A stretch of DNA of 64,000 nt, from contig CAVOUE010000003.1 in NCBI GenBank assembly GCA_963699545.1, positions 480,001 to 544,000 on the forward strand, in the 5' to 3' direction. Below are positions 49,855 through 62,316 of this stretch, piece after piece. Position 1 is the stretch's first letter; every line of letters begins with the position of its first letter. The position numbers and the translations under genes are program-made. The DNA comes from Nitrospirota bacterium (GTDB taxonomy: Bacteria; Nitrospirota; Thermodesulfovibrionia; Thermodesulfovibrionales; UBA9159). The notes beneath the pieces were generated by a model. It saw nothing but the letters and a program-made list of their open reading frames with translations, did no database searches and had not been told where the DNA came from.

Positions 49855-51475
49855 CTAGGGCTCCTCAACCATAGTGCTCTCCACCGGCAGTCTCACGAAG
49901 AAACTCGCCCCCCTGCCCAGGTCGCTCCTGACAAAAATATTTCCGCCGTGTTTCTTGATTATCCCGTAGCTCACCGCAAGGCCCAGCCCTGTCCCTTTGC
50001 CCACCGGCTTCGTCGTAAAGAACGGTTCAAATACCCTGCCCAGGTGCTCTTCAGGAATGCCGGGTCCCGTGTCGGTGAACTCGATCTCCACATATCGCTT
50101 GCCGCTGGCGGTGTCTGAGGTGACCCGCGTGGCCACAGTGATCTGTCCCCTCTCGGTCATGGCGTCGGCCGCATTGATGAGAAGGTTGATGAATACCTGC
50201 TGCAGCTGGTTAGGGTCGGTGGATATATGGGGGAGGGAATTGTCAAAATTCAGTGCGAATTTAATGTTATGGAACTTCGCCTGGTTTCTCACCATGGAGA
50301 TGGTGTTCTCCGTTAATGAGTTGATGTTCACAAAGACCTTTTCCGCAGACGTTTTGCGGGAGAATCCGAGGAGCCCCTTGATGATCTTGGAACACCGCTC
50401 TGCCTGTTCGATGATCACCTCAAGGTCCTCGATATCCTGTTTGTTCTCGGGAGGCATCCGCTTCAGCATGAGATGAGAGAACGTGACAATTCCCGTAAGG
50501 GGGCTGTTCAACTCATGGGCGACGCCCGCAGCCATTCTGCCCAGGGAGGCGAGTTTTTCAGCATTGATGAGCTGGTCATGGGCCTTCATGATCTCCGAGG
50601 TTTTTTTCTGGATCTCCTCCTCCAGCGCTTTGGTCCAGTTCTCCATGTTGTCTTTGTATCGCCTGATATCGCTCGCCATTGTATTAAACGTATTGGCAAG
50701 GAGTCCCATTTCGTCCCGGGAGTGGATCTCGATGACGTGATCCAGTTCCCCCTTTGCCAGTTTCTGCATCCCCTCATCCAAAAGAGAGACCGGCTTTGAA
50801 ACAAACTTATAGAGTATGATAAAAAGAGAGAGGGATATCATGACAATAAAGAGACCGCCGAACACGATGGTGCCGAGACGGTTCTGACGTATGACGGTAT
50901 CGACCGTCGCGGTACTGAAATTCGTTTCGAGGATCCCGAGGATACTTCGTTTCCTTCCGGTGATAATGGCAAGATGCGGTGTAACACGAGGGTTCATTGT
51001 AGATGGGGATGACGAACTTCAGGACCTTTACGCCGGCAGCATCCGACAGGATGGCCCAGTTCCTGGCGTTAGCGATAGACGCAATAGGCGTGTCGTGCCT
51101 GTGGCAGAGCTGGCATGTCACGGAGCTCTTGTCAAAGGAACGGCCTACCTCGGATTTCCGAGAAGAGTAGATAACCTTCCCGCTTTTATCGAGGATCGAA
51201 ATGCCCTTGATTTCGGCCCCGGAGCCGATGACCTCCACGGTCTGCTCAATGGCCTCACGATGGGCGGTCATCATATAGTAATTGATTCCTTTTTTCACAA
51301 GGTCTGCCGTGGAGGCGGCGTAGCTCATCAGGTTGTTCATCATGATGTTCTCCTCGTAACGCATGAAGGTGAAGCCGAAGAGGAGACTGCCGAGGGTTAT
51401 GAGGGTGCCGACAGCGATGATGAGTTTGCCGGCGAGGGAGTTCAGGGATTTCCGAATCATCCGGAATTGTATCAT
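49855..51475 (-). CDS. HAMP sensor histidine kinase with periplasmic heme-c motifs (frameshift near 50948)
   Basis: TM, CQLCH, CYTASCH, TM, HAMP (RDEMG.LA..FN.M), AHELNSPL, NLLINAADA, FTTK..GTGLGL. Confidence 0.9.
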
Positions 51476-51563
51476 AAAATCTCAGGAAATTATGGGTTAA
51501 AATGGCCCCGGAATTTTTCTTCTTGACTACGCCTGCTGCTTCAGGTATAAAATAGTGCGTTTT

Positions 51564-51938
51564 ATGCCGACTGCATTCTTGCCAGAAGAGTATTTGCCGA
51601 TAGTCATCTTTATGATGATCATACTGGCGTTCGGTCTCGGAACGCTGGCAGTGGGTATCGTCCTCAGGCTCCGGAAACCCTACTATGAAAAACTTCTCCC
51701 CTATGAGTCAGGAAATCCTCCCGTGGGAGAACCGCGGTACCGCTTTTCCGTAAGTTTTTATATCGTCGCCATGCTCTTCGTGATATTCGACGTGGAGGCG
51801 GTGTTCCTTTACCCGTGGGCTATTGTGTTTGATCAAATCGGGCTTTTTGCGCTCATAGAGATGTTGCTCTTTATCGCCATTCTTGTGGTGGGCTACGTGT
51901 ACGCATGGAAAAAGGACGCATTCCGGTGGGACCGATGA
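51564..51938 (+). CDS. nuoA: NADH-quinone oxidoreductase subunit A
   Basis: YESG..P, F.V.FY.VAMLF.IFDVE..FLYPWA. Confidence 0.95.
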   Translation: MPTAFLPEEYLPIVIFMMIILAFGLGTLAVGIVLRLRKPYYEKLLPYESGNPPVGEPRYRFSVSFYIVAMLFVIFDVEAVFLYPWAIVFDQIGLFALIEMLLFIAILVVGYVYAWKKDAFRWDR

Positions 51939-52025
51939 GAAGGAGCAGGCACGATGCAGTAAACAGTTTCATGCTGCATACTGCATGGTTTCTACTGCTT
52001 ACTTTTGAGAGAAGGTGAGGAAAGC

Positions 52026-52547
52026 ATGATCATAGACGGCGCGACCGCCCTTGTCGAAGTGGAAGAGGGAGTAAAGATACTCCCGGGGGCCAATGCCATC
52101 GTAACGACCCTTGACAAGGTGGTGAACTGGGGAAGGGTCTCTTCCCTTTGGCCCATGGCCTTTGGTCTGGCGTGCTGCGCCATAGAAATGATGACCACAG
52201 GCTCGGCACACTATGACCTTGACCGGTTCGGGATCATCTTCAGGGGCTCGCCGAGACAGTCAGACGTGCTGATCATCGCGGGGACAGTGACGAAGAAGAT
52301 GGTTCCGGTCATACGGAGGGTCTACGACCAGATGCCCGAGCCGAGATATGTCATGGCCATGGGCAGTTGCGCAGGTTCCGGAGGTATCTTTAATACCTAC
52401 AGCACGGTCCAGGGTGTCGACACTTTTCTTCCTGTGGACGTGTATATCCCCGGCTGTCCCCCAAGGCCTGAAGCCCTCATGGAAGGGATCATCAGGCTTC
52501 AGGAGAAGATAAAGAAAGAACATTTCAAGTGGAGCATGTGGAGATAA
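52026..52547 (+). CDS. nuoB: NADH-quinone oxidoreductase subunit B
   Basis: [29 protein letters not shown]. Confidence 0.97.
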   Translation: MIIDGATALVEVEEGVKILPGANAIVTTLDKVVNWGRVSSLWPMAFGLACCAIEMMTTGSAHYDLDRFGIIFRGSPRQSDVLIIAGTVTKKMVPVIRRVYDQMPEPRYVMAMGSCAGSGGIFNTYSTVQGVDTFLPVDVYIPGCPPRPEALMEGIIRLQEKIKKEHFKWSMWR

Positions 52548-52548
52548 T

Positions 52549-53106
52549 ATGTCCACGACGGAACCAAAACTCATATCACAGGCGATCGCAGAGGGAATCC
52601 GGGAACGTTTTCCCGCTGAAGTGAAAGAGATAAGGGAATTCTGCGGGCAGGTGTCCGTGGTGGTACAAAAAGGCAGACTGAAGGAAATCATGGAATATCT
52701 GCACGATACCCCCGAACTCTGCTTCAGCTACCTGAGAGACCTTTGCGGCGTCGATTACCTGGGAAAGAAGGAGCCGAGGTTTGAGGTCGTCTATCAGCTT
52801 TACTCCATCAGCCACAGGAACATGATACGTATCAGGGCCGAAGTCCCGGAAAATGACCCGACCATTGACAGCGTAGTGGGTATCTGGGATGGGGCGAACT
52901 GGCATGAGCGGGAGTGTTACGATATGTTCGGGATCCGGTTCGTGGGACACCCTGATCTCAGACGGATATTGATGCCCGAGGACTGGGAAGGGTATCCCCT
53001 GAGAAAGGACTATCCTCTGGAGAGCGATCTTGGTGATAAGGAATGGCCGGGTCTGAAGGAAATCCTTGAGCTGTCCGAGAAGAACAAGGTGTATAACGTA
53101 GGATGA
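52549..53106 (+). CDS. nuoC: NADH-quinone oxidoreductase subunit C
   Basis: [38 protein letters not shown]. Confidence 0.96.
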   Translation: MSTTEPKLISQAIAEGIRERFPAEVKEIREFCGQVSVVVQKGRLKEIMEYLHDTPELCFSYLRDLCGVDYLGKKEPRFEVVYQLYSISHRNMIRIRAEVPENDPTIDSVVGIWDGANWHERECYDMFGIRFVGHPDLRRILMPEDWEGYPLRKDYPLESDLGDKEWPGLKEILELSEKNKVYNVG

Positions 53107-54305
53107 TGACGGATAAGGGCGCCGCAGAATTACAGACAAAAGAGTTGACCATAAGCATGGGACCGCAGCATCCTGCAACCCACGGGGTGCTGAGGCTCGT
53201 CCTTGAACTGGACGGCGAGACCGTGGTGAAGTGCACTCCCTATGTGGGGTATCTCCACCGCGGCGTCGAGAAGCTCGGGGAAAACAGGACATACCTTACC
53301 GCGCTTCCCCTCACTGACAGGCTCGATTATATCGCGGCCATGGCGAACAATCAGGGATACTGCCTTGCGGTGGAGCGGCTGTTCGGGATCGAGGCTCCTG
53401 AAAGGGCAAAGTACATAAGGACCATGGTTGCAGAGATGTCGAGGATCAGCAGCCATATCCTGTGGCTCGGAACCCATGCGCTGGACATCGGGGCGATGAC
53501 CGTGTTCCTTTACGCCTTCAGGGAAAGGGAATGGATCCTGGACCTCTTTGAGATGCTCTGCGGGGCGAGGCTCACCACAAGCTATACCAGGATCGGAGGG
53601 GTCAGGAACGATGTGTCGCAGGAATTTCTCGACAGGCTCTATAAATTTACCGAGGAATTCCCCGTCGAGGATGGAGGAGTATGAGACGCTCATAGACCAG
53701 AACCGGATATGGCTAAGAGGACAAAGGGTATCGGCGTGATTGAAGCGGACGAGGCGGTAAACTGGGGACTCACCGGTCCTACGCTGAGGGGATCCGGGGT
53801 ATCGTATGATGTGAGGAAGTATTCCCCCTATGACGCATATGATAAAGTGGAGTTCGATGTTCCGGTGGGGAAAACCGGCGACGTGTACGACCGGTACCGT
53901 TGCAGGATGGAAGAGATCAGGCAGTCCAACCGGATCATACGGCAGTGCATCGAAAAGTTCCCCGAGGGCCCTGTCATGGCTCCTGACGCTCCGAAGCTTA
54001 CTCTCCCGCCCAAGAACAATGTGCTGAAGGACATGGAATCAATGATCCATCACTTCGTCCTTATCACCAAAGGACCCATGGTTGCTCCGGAGGGAGAACT
54101 CTACTCGGCGGTGGAAGCGCCGAAGGGAGAACTGGGGTTCTATTTTGTGAGTGACGGAACAGGCAGGCCTTACCGGATGAGGGTAAGGGCGCCTTCCTTT
54201 GTCCATGCCTCGGTCATCCCGAGACTGTGTGAAGGCTCCCTGATCGCTGATGTCATCGCAAACATCGGGACTATTGATATTGTGCTCGGTGAATGTGACC
54301 GATAG
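53103..54305 (+). CDS. nuoD: NADH-quinone oxidoreductase subunit D (frameshifts near 53670-53715)
   Basis: [37 protein letters not shown]; no NiFe CxxC motifs. Confidence 0.96.
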
Positions 54306-54399
54306 CAGGGGCTATTAAGACAGACGCTTTTTATCTTTGTTCTTTTTCACGCGGTGCGGCTTTTGCTGAAAATGAAGTCGGGAGATTGAGGGTTCGGGC

Positions 54400-54855
54400 G
54401 TGATAGGGAAAATTCACATTTTCGGGGATCTTGAAGGTCCGGAGGCGGGCATCATCCAGGACCTGTTGCAGTCCCGGGATTATGAGCCGAACGAGATTAT
54501 CTATAGAGAGGGAGATAAGGGCGACAGCCTGAATATCATCGAGAAAGGGAAAGTGAAGATAAACAAGATGATGGTGGAAGGCGATCAGTTCTGCATCGCA
54601 ACCCTGAAGGAGGGTGATATCTTCGGGATCATGTCCTTTCTCGACGGCAGCGCTCACGATGCGACGATTATTTCAGATCAGCAGACGCGGCTGACGGTAT
54701 TGCGGAAGCCGGACTTTGACGGACTTCTCCTGTCCGATCCGCTTGTGGCGGGCAAGGTATTGCGGCGGATCGCGATACATCTGGCATCCATTGTGAGAAA
54801 TATGAACAGTCAATATATAGACCTGATGCATCTTATGTTCAGGAAATCGAGATGA
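54400..54855 (+). CDS. Stand-alone cyclic-nucleotide-binding domain protein (no HTH)
   Basis: IYREGD.GD.L.II..G.V.I, G..FG.MSFLDG..H.AT. Confidence 0.85.
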   Translation: MIGKIHIFGDLEGPEAGIIQDLLQSRDYEPNEIIYREGDKGDSLNIIEKGKVKINKMMVEGDQFCIATLKEGDIFGIMSFLDGSAHDATIISDQQTRLTVLRKPDFDGLLLSDPLVAGKVLRRIAIHLASIVRNMNSQYIDLMHLMFRKSR

Positions 54856-54947
54856 TCCGGGAGCGGGGAGTGAGACCCGGGCGATTGACAAAACGGTCGC
54901 CTATCTTGTTTCATTAATGCCAATTCATATGCGGGTGAGAGGTTAGG

Positions 54948-55942
54948 ATGACGGGTGTCGTAGATACCCTTTTATACGTTGCGATTATACTGGCGAAGAT
55001 ACTGGTCGTGTTTGGAGCGATCATGCTTCACGTCGCCTACGCAACCTACTGGGAGCGGAAGATCATAGCGCATATGCAGGTGAGGCTCGGGCCCATGAAT
55101 GTCGGACCCTACGGCCTTCTCCAGCCCTTTGCGGACGGCATCAAGCTGTTCTTCAAGGAAGACATCATCCCTGCCGAATCGGACAAGCCGATATTCTATC
55201 TTGCACCGGTCATATTCTTTGTCGCAGCCCTTACGTCCCTTTCAGTGATGCCCGTTCTTCGACGGGTTTGCCATCGCCAATATCAATGTCGGGCTGCTCT
55301 TTCTCCTTGCCATGTCATCGCTTGCTCTTACGGGATCGTCATGTCCGGGTGGTCGTCGAACTCAAAATATGCTTTCCTCGGCGGACTACGGTCTGCCTCC
55401 CAGGTGATAAGCTATGAAATCGCCATGGGGCTCAGCCTTGTGGGAGTGATGATGATGGCGGGTTCGCTGAATCTTACGGATATCGTCAGGGCACAGGAAC
55501 GATATCCCTTCGGTATGTTTTGATCCCCCAGATTATCGGATTCTTTGTCTCACGATTGCCGTCATTGCTGAGACCAACAGGTCGCCCTTTGACCTGCCGG
55601 AGGCTGAGAGCGAACTGGTGGCAGGCTACTTCGTCGAATACAGCGGGTTGCGTTTCGCTCTCTTCTTTCTGGCGGAGTACACGGGAATGCTCATTATGTC
55701 CTCGATGGGCATCGTCTGTTTCCTGGGTGGATGGAGCGGGCCGTTCAATATACCCAATGTACCCTTTGCCTGGTTTTTCTTGAAGCTCTATGTCTTCATG
55801 TTCATTTATTACTGGGTGCGGGCTACGCTGCCGAGATACCGGTATGACCAGCTCATGGCATTGGATGGAAGCTGCTGATACCCCTCGCATTGTCAACATC
55901 GTGATAACCGGAATTTTGAAGATTACCAAGGTGCTGCTATGA
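54948..55942 (+). CDS. nuoH: NADH-quinone oxidoreductase subunit H (frameshifted)
   Basis: [49 protein letters not shown]. Confidence 0.95.
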
Positions 55943-56482
55943 CATTCCGGAAACTTGTAAGAACGGTATTTCTCACGGAGATCATCAAGGGCATGGCGCT
56001 TACGCTCAAAATGTTGTTCACCCGCCCTGTAACACGGCGGTATCCAAAGGTGAAAAGGCCGGTGATGCCGGGATTCAGAGGGCTCCATGCTCTTGTGAGG
56101 GATCAGCAGACGGAGAGGCGCAATGCGTGGGCTGCGGTCTCTGCGGCGCCATACTGCCCCTCACAGTGCATCTATATTTATACCGCGGACAGTCAGGACC
56201 ACAAAAAGGTTGTGGACAGGTACGAAATAGAGGTGCTCCGGTGCGTCTTCTGCGGCTTGTGTGTAGAGGCCTGTCCGTATTCCGCGTCATACTTAGCGAG
56301 CACTACGAATATCCGGTTATTCCAGGGAGGCGTTCTACATGACCAAGGAGAAGCTGCTCGATAACTGGGACAAGTATTTGGGGTGGGAAAAGAACGTGGA
56401 GTATTACAAGAAGTTCTGGCACCCTAAGTCAGAGGACTTCGGCTTTCCCAGGAACCAGGCGATGTTCAGCAAGGTGAAGTGA
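55939..56482 (+). CDS. nuoI: NADH-quinone oxidoreductase subunit I (frameshifted)
   Basis: VT..YP, FRG.H.L, CVGCGLC..CP, RCVFCGLCVEACP. Confidence 0.92.
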
Positions 56483-56497
56483 AGACAAGGAATGACG

Positions 56498-57011
56498 ATG
56501 CTGACCGGAACTGTTCTTTTGACCTTGCCGTAGTGATCAGCTTTCTGTCGGTGCTTGTGGTCACCAGGAAGAACCCGGTGCACAGCGTGATGTGGATGCT
56601 CCTCCTCTTTTTCCATATTGCAGGCCTCTATCTGTTTTTGAACGCGGAGTTTATAGCGGCGATACAGGTGATCGTGTATGCAGGCGCCATCCTTGTGCTC
56701 TTCCTTTTCGTTGTGCTTCTGCTTAATCTGAAGGAAGAGCAGTGGCGAGGAGGTATGTCGGGACCGTGGCCTCTGCGGCTCATGGCTGCCGTGGGATTGT
56801 TTCTGGTCATTATCGTTTCCCTGAAGTCCTTTGTTGCCGGGCCCAAAGGCTCCTTTACCAACGAAGCGATAAAGGCTGCGACGAACACGAAGGTGCTGGG
56901 GAAGCTTCTCTATACGGAATATCCTGTTCCCCTTTGAGATAGCTTCGCTGATACTGCTCGTGGCTGTGATAGGCGCGATAGTCCTTGCAAAGAAGAAAGC
57001 TGAGGAGTTAG
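56498..57011 (+). CDS. nuoJ: NADH-quinone oxidoreductase subunit J (frameshifted; ends approximate)
   Basis: NPVHS, AEF.AA.QV.VYAGAI.VLFLFV, FE.ASL.LLVA.IGA. Confidence 0.92.
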
Positions 57012-57014
57012 AAA

Positions 57015-57318
57015 ATGGTCCCTTTGCACTGGTATTTGATGCTGAGCGCCGCGGTCTTCATGATCGGCATGTTCGGGTTTCTCACGAGGAAGAATATTAT
57101 CATCATGTTCATGTCCGTAGAGCTGATGCTCAACGCGGTCAATATAAGCCTTATCTCATTCAGCCACTACCTGCAGGACATGAGGGGACAGATACTCGTC
57201 TTCTTTGTCATCACGGTGGCTGCGGCCGAGGCAGCCATAGGTCTTGCGATAATCATAGCGCTCTTCAGGAACAAGCAGACAGCGCATGTCAATGAAGATG
57301 AACGAGATGAAGGGATGA
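57015..57318 (+). CDS. nuoK: NADH-quinone oxidoreductase subunit K (3' frameshift likely)
   Basis: [13 protein letters not shown]...[14 protein letters not shown]. Confidence 0.95.
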
Positions 57319-57363
57319 GACAGAGTGACAAGTCGGAATGACCGGTAGGCAGGAAGGAAAAAC

Positions 57364-59299
57364 ATGCATAATTATCTCTTAATACCGTTTTTGCCGCTTG
57401 CTGCATTTTTGATAAATATCCTCTTCGGCAGGAACTTTATAAAGGACAAGGCCCACTGGGTCTCGATCCTTGCGGTCGGCGGTTCCTGGGTCGTTGCGGT
57501 CATGACCCTCATGGATGTGCTTCGGGGAAAGACCCTCAACGAGGACCTCTATACCTGGATCAGCCTCAGGCACCTTCAAGGTGTCGGTCGGCTTCCTCAT
57601 AGACCAGCTTACAGCGGTGATGCTCGATCGTGGTCACCACCTGCAGCACGCTCATCCATATTTACTCTATCGGTTATATGCACGGCGACAACGGCTATTA
57701 CCGGTTCTTTGCATACCTGAGCCTCTTCACGTTCTCGATGCTTATGCTGGTCATGGCCAACAACTTTCATGCAGCTCTATTTCGGCTGGGAAGGCGTGGG
57801 TCTCTGCTCCTATTTCCTTATCGGATATTACTTCAACAAGAAATCCGCATCCGATGCAGGCAAGAAGGCCTTTATCGTCAACAGGTTCGGCGACTTCGGC
57901 TTTGGTCTCGGCATTATTATAATATTCCTGACCTTCGGCAGTGTTTATTACGTGCCGGTCTTTGGACAGGCAGCGCCTTTTGCGGCACAGAGCATAAACT
58001 TCCTCGGCTATGATCGTGCACTTTGATCTCGTCACTGATCGCGCTTCTGCTCTTCTGCGGCGCGGTCGGCAAGTCCGCACAGATGCCGCTCCATGTCTGG
58101 CTGCCTGATGCGATGGAAGGCCCGACCCCTGTCAGCGCACTCATCCATGCAGCGACAATGGTGACTGCCGGCGTGTTTCTGGTCGCCCGCTGCAGTCCGA
58201 TCTTCAACCTTGCTCCCTACAGTTCTATGACGTCGTGGCTCTGACCGGCGCGATAACCTCGCTTTTTGCAGCAACCATAGGCCTTGTGCAGAACGATATA
58301 AAGAGGATCATCGCCTACTCAACGATCAGCCAGCTTGGATATATGTTCCTTGCCTGCGGGGTGGGCGCATACAGCGCTGGCGTTTTCCATCTTTACACCC
58401 ATGCCTTCTTCAAGGCCCTTCTCTTCCTCTGCGCAGGAAGCGTGATGCACGCCATGGCAGGAGAACTCGATCTTCAGAAGATGGGCGGACTGAAAAAGTA
58501 CATGCCGGTGACATACTGGACGATGCTCCTCGCTTCACTGAGCATCTCGGGAGTCCCCGGGTTTGCCGGCTTCTTCAGCAAGGACGAGATACTCTGGCTC
58601 GCCTATTCAGGCCCGAGTCCGGTAGGCAAGTTCGTCTGGGCCATAGGCACCCTCGTGGCGTTTCTTACCGCCTTTTATTCCTTCAGGCTTATATTCCTCA
58701 CCTTCCACGGAAAGTTCCGCGGCACCCATGAGCAGGAACATCATCTCCATGAGTCCCCGAAGAGTATGACGGTTCCTCTCATGCTCCTCTGTGTCGGTGC
58801 GGTCGCCTCCGGCTGGGTCGGGATACCCTATCTGCTTGGAGGCGGGGCCCACTTCACGGAGTTTATGAAGCCGGTGCTGGGACATCCTGGAAGGCCACGG
58901 AACACATTCCGAGGAATGGATGGTAATGGCGATCTCGGTAGCTGCCGGTTTCTCCGGCATCGGGCTTGCTGCATTTTTCTATCTCTGAGGCCGAGATCTC
59001 CCGGCGAAACTCGCACAGCAGTTCAGCGTCGTCCATAAGGTCCTTTTCAATAAATACTATGTTGACGAACTCTACAGCTTTATTCATTATCAGGCCGACT
59101 ATCTGGGTGGCGAAGAACGTCCTGATAGGCATTACTGACAGAGGATCATAGAGGCGATTGTAAATGGCGTTCCGGCGGCCATCGGGGGCGTTCAGCCAGC
59201 TGTTGAGGAAGATGCAGACAGGCATTTACTCAACATTACGCGACGATTATGGCAACGGGCGCACTGATTATTGTGGCGCTGATGTGCTATGTAGAGTAG
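57364..59299 (+). CDS. nuoL: NADH-quinone oxidoreductase subunit L (many frameshifts)
   Basis: [63 protein letters not shown]. Confidence 0.95.
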
Positions 59300-59321
59300 G
59301 GAGCATAGATTGGAACAGGCA

Positions 59322-60841
59322 ATGACGAACAGCCTGGGATTCCCGATACTCAGCACCCTGATATTCCTGCCGGTCGCCGGTGCGGCCCTTCTCCTTCTGA
59401 TAGACAGGAGCCAGGAGAGCGTTGATCAAAATGGGTGGCCTTGTCGTGAGCATATAACATTTTCCTTTCCTCCCCCTGTTTACCAATTTCGACAAGACAA
59501 CCCATCTCATGCAGTTTACTGAGAGGCATGCGTGGATACCTGCATGGAACATCAACTATTCACTCGGTCTTGACGGCATCAGCGTGCTCTTTGTGCTGCT
59601 CTCGACGCTGGTCACCATCCTCTGTATCCTCATCTCCTGGAATTCGATAAAGATGAAGATAAAGGAGTTTTACATCTCCATCCTGATGCTGGAAGGGGCG
59701 ATGATCGGCGTCTTCTGCGTCCCTTGATTTCTTGCTCTTCTATATCTTCTGGGAGGCGATGCTCATCCCGATGTATCTGCTTATCGGCGTCTGGGGAGGG
59801 CCCAACAGGATATATGCAGCCGTAAAGTTTTTCCTCTATACCCTTGTCGGAAGCGTACTGATGCTGGTCGGCATCATCGTGCTTTACTTTTATGCGGGCA
59901 GGACATTCGACATTCTCGAACTCATGACCAAGACCTATCCCTATCAGATGCAGTTCTGGCTCTTCTGGGCCTTCTTTGCGGCCTTTGCCGTGAAGGTGCC
60001 GATGTTCCCTGTACATACCTGGCTTCCTGATGCACATACCGAGGCGCCTACCGCAGGCAGCGTCGTACTTGCCGCAGTGCTGATCAAGATGGGCGCATAT
60101 GGTTTCCTGAGGTTCTCTATGCCGATACTTCCCGGAGGCCTCAAAGGCCATGACGCCCATGCTGATCCTTTCGGTTATCGCCATCATCTACGGCGGCAGT
60201 GATATGTCTTGCGCAGACAGATCTCAAAAGGCTGATCGCCTACAGTTCGGTGAGCCATATGGGGTTTGTGACCTTGGGCATCTTTGCACTGAATATGCAG
60301 GGCATGGAAGGCGGCATACTCCAGATGATCAACCACGGCATTGTGACCGGCGCGCTCTTCCTTAGCGTCGGGGATAGTTTACGACAGGACCCATACACGG
60401 CAGATAGCTGATTACGGCGGCGTTGCATCGGTGATGCCTGTATATGCGACGATGTTTATGGTGTTTACCCTTGCCTCGATCGGGCTTCCCGCAACGAACG
60501 GGTTTATCGGGGAGTTCCTGATCATCCTGGGCGGATTTACCGCGAGCCAGCTGGCGGGCGTGCTTTCGGCAACGGGAATTATCATCGGCGCCGGATACAT
60601 GCTCTGGCTCTACCAGAGGGTATTCTTCATGGAGACGAACCCGAAGGTCAGCGGTCTTCAGGACATGGATGCCAGGGAGATCATGACCCTTCTGCCCATG
60701 GTGATCCTGATATTCTGGATCGGCATCTATCCGGATACCTTCCTCGGTTTCATGCACGCATCAGTTGAGCATCTTCTGGAGCGTGTGAACACAGGAGCGG
60801 ACAGGCAATGGCCACTGCCAGGAAGGTTATGGAGATACTGA
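59322..60841 (+). CDS. nuoM: NADH-quinone oxidoreductase subunit M (frameshifted)
   Basis: [46 protein letters not shown]. Confidence 0.95.
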
Positions 60842-60886
60842 AATGAAAGTCACGCCGGGGCAGGATGAATGAAGATGGAGGTTGTG

Positions 60887-62316
60887 ATGCAGATGCCTGA
60901 TATATCACCTGTGATGCCTGAAATCGTCATGACGTGTCTGGCCCTCGCAGTCCTTATGGCGGACCTCTTCATAAAGAGGAAAGAGACGATCGCCCTGCTG
61001 AGCATCATAAGCGTAGGTGTTGTGGCGTATCTGCTGCGTCGGATTCATCGGGGACCGACTTTCAACGGCATGTACATCTCGGACGGCTACAGCACCTTCT
61101 TCAAGCTTATCTTTCTCATGAACGTGATACTCACCGTCCTCATCTCGATTAAATATATCGAGATCGAGAAGGTGAATTTCGGGGAATATTACAGCCTCAT
61201 ACTTTTTGCGACCCTGGGCATGATGCTTATGGCATCTGCAGGTGACCTGATTGTTCTGTACCTCGGCCTTGAGCTGATGGCGTTGAGCACCTATGTGCTT
61301 GCAGGGTTTTTCCGTACGACACAAGGTCCAACGAGGCTGCCATGAAGTATTTCCTCCTCGGCGCCTTTGCCTCGGCCTTTCTGCTCTACGGCACGTCCAT
61401 GATATACGGTCTTACCGGCACTACGAACCTCAAGGCCATTGCGCAGTATCATCGTGGAGCACGGACTGGCCGCGAACCCCGTCGCTGATGCTTTCGATGA
61501 TCCTCTTTGCGGTGGCATTCTCCTTTAAGATTGCAGCAGTACCTTTCCATATGTGGGCCCCTGACGCGTATGAAGGCGCACCTACATCCATTACGGCCTT
61601 TATGTCTGTCGGACCCAAGGCAGCCGGTTTTGCGGTCCTGGGGAGGGTGTTCATGATCGCCTTCGGCTCATTTCAAGATAGAGTGGGCGGCATACTTGAT
61701 CCCGATCGCCATCCTCACCATGGCTGTGGGAAATATTGTTGCCCTTTCGCAGACGAACATAAAGAGAATGCTCGCCTATTCATCGATCGCCCATGCGGGG
61801 TATGCGCTCATCGGCATCATCGCAGGCACAGCCGACGGTATGGCGAGCGTGATGAACTATATGCTTATCTATGCCTTTATGAACATCGGGCGCCTTTGCT
61901 GTTAGTGATCATGCTCAGGATCAGAGGGCTTCAAAGGGGACAATATCACCGACTATGAGGGCCTTTCGAAGACCCATCCGCTGGCTGCGGCACTTATGCT
62001 GGTATTCATGTTCTCCCTCACCGGAATCCCTCCGACAGCCGGTTTTATGGGCAAGTTCTATATCTTCATGAGCGCCATCAATGCGGGATATACCTGGCTC
62101 GTCATCGTGGCGGTCATGTTCAGCGCCATATCCGCTTACTTCTATCTCAGGATCGTCATGTACATGTACATGAAAGAACCCAGGGCCGAGGTTGCCCTTT
62201 CCACGTCAGCGTCCACCAATCTTGCTCTGGCAGTGACGGTGCTGGCTGTTCTGATTATCGGCGTGCTTCCTTCCGGCGTTATCGAGATGGCCCGCGCAGC
62301 AGTAATGTCGTTTTAG
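60887..62316 (+). CDS. nuoN: NADH-quinone oxidoreductase subunit N (frameshifted; start approximate)
   Basis: [57 protein letters not shown]. Confidence 0.95.

Noticed and set aside
52026-54305. Group 4 [NiFe]-hydrogenase instead of complex I
   Set aside because: The large subunit lacks both CxxC Ni-binding motifs and has NuoD quinone-site motifs.
37326-62316. Pseudogenisation or programmed frameshifting of groESL, nuo and neighbours
   Set aside because: Breaks are single-base indels, often in short homopolymers, in essential genes whose protein motifs remain intact; this fits long-read error.
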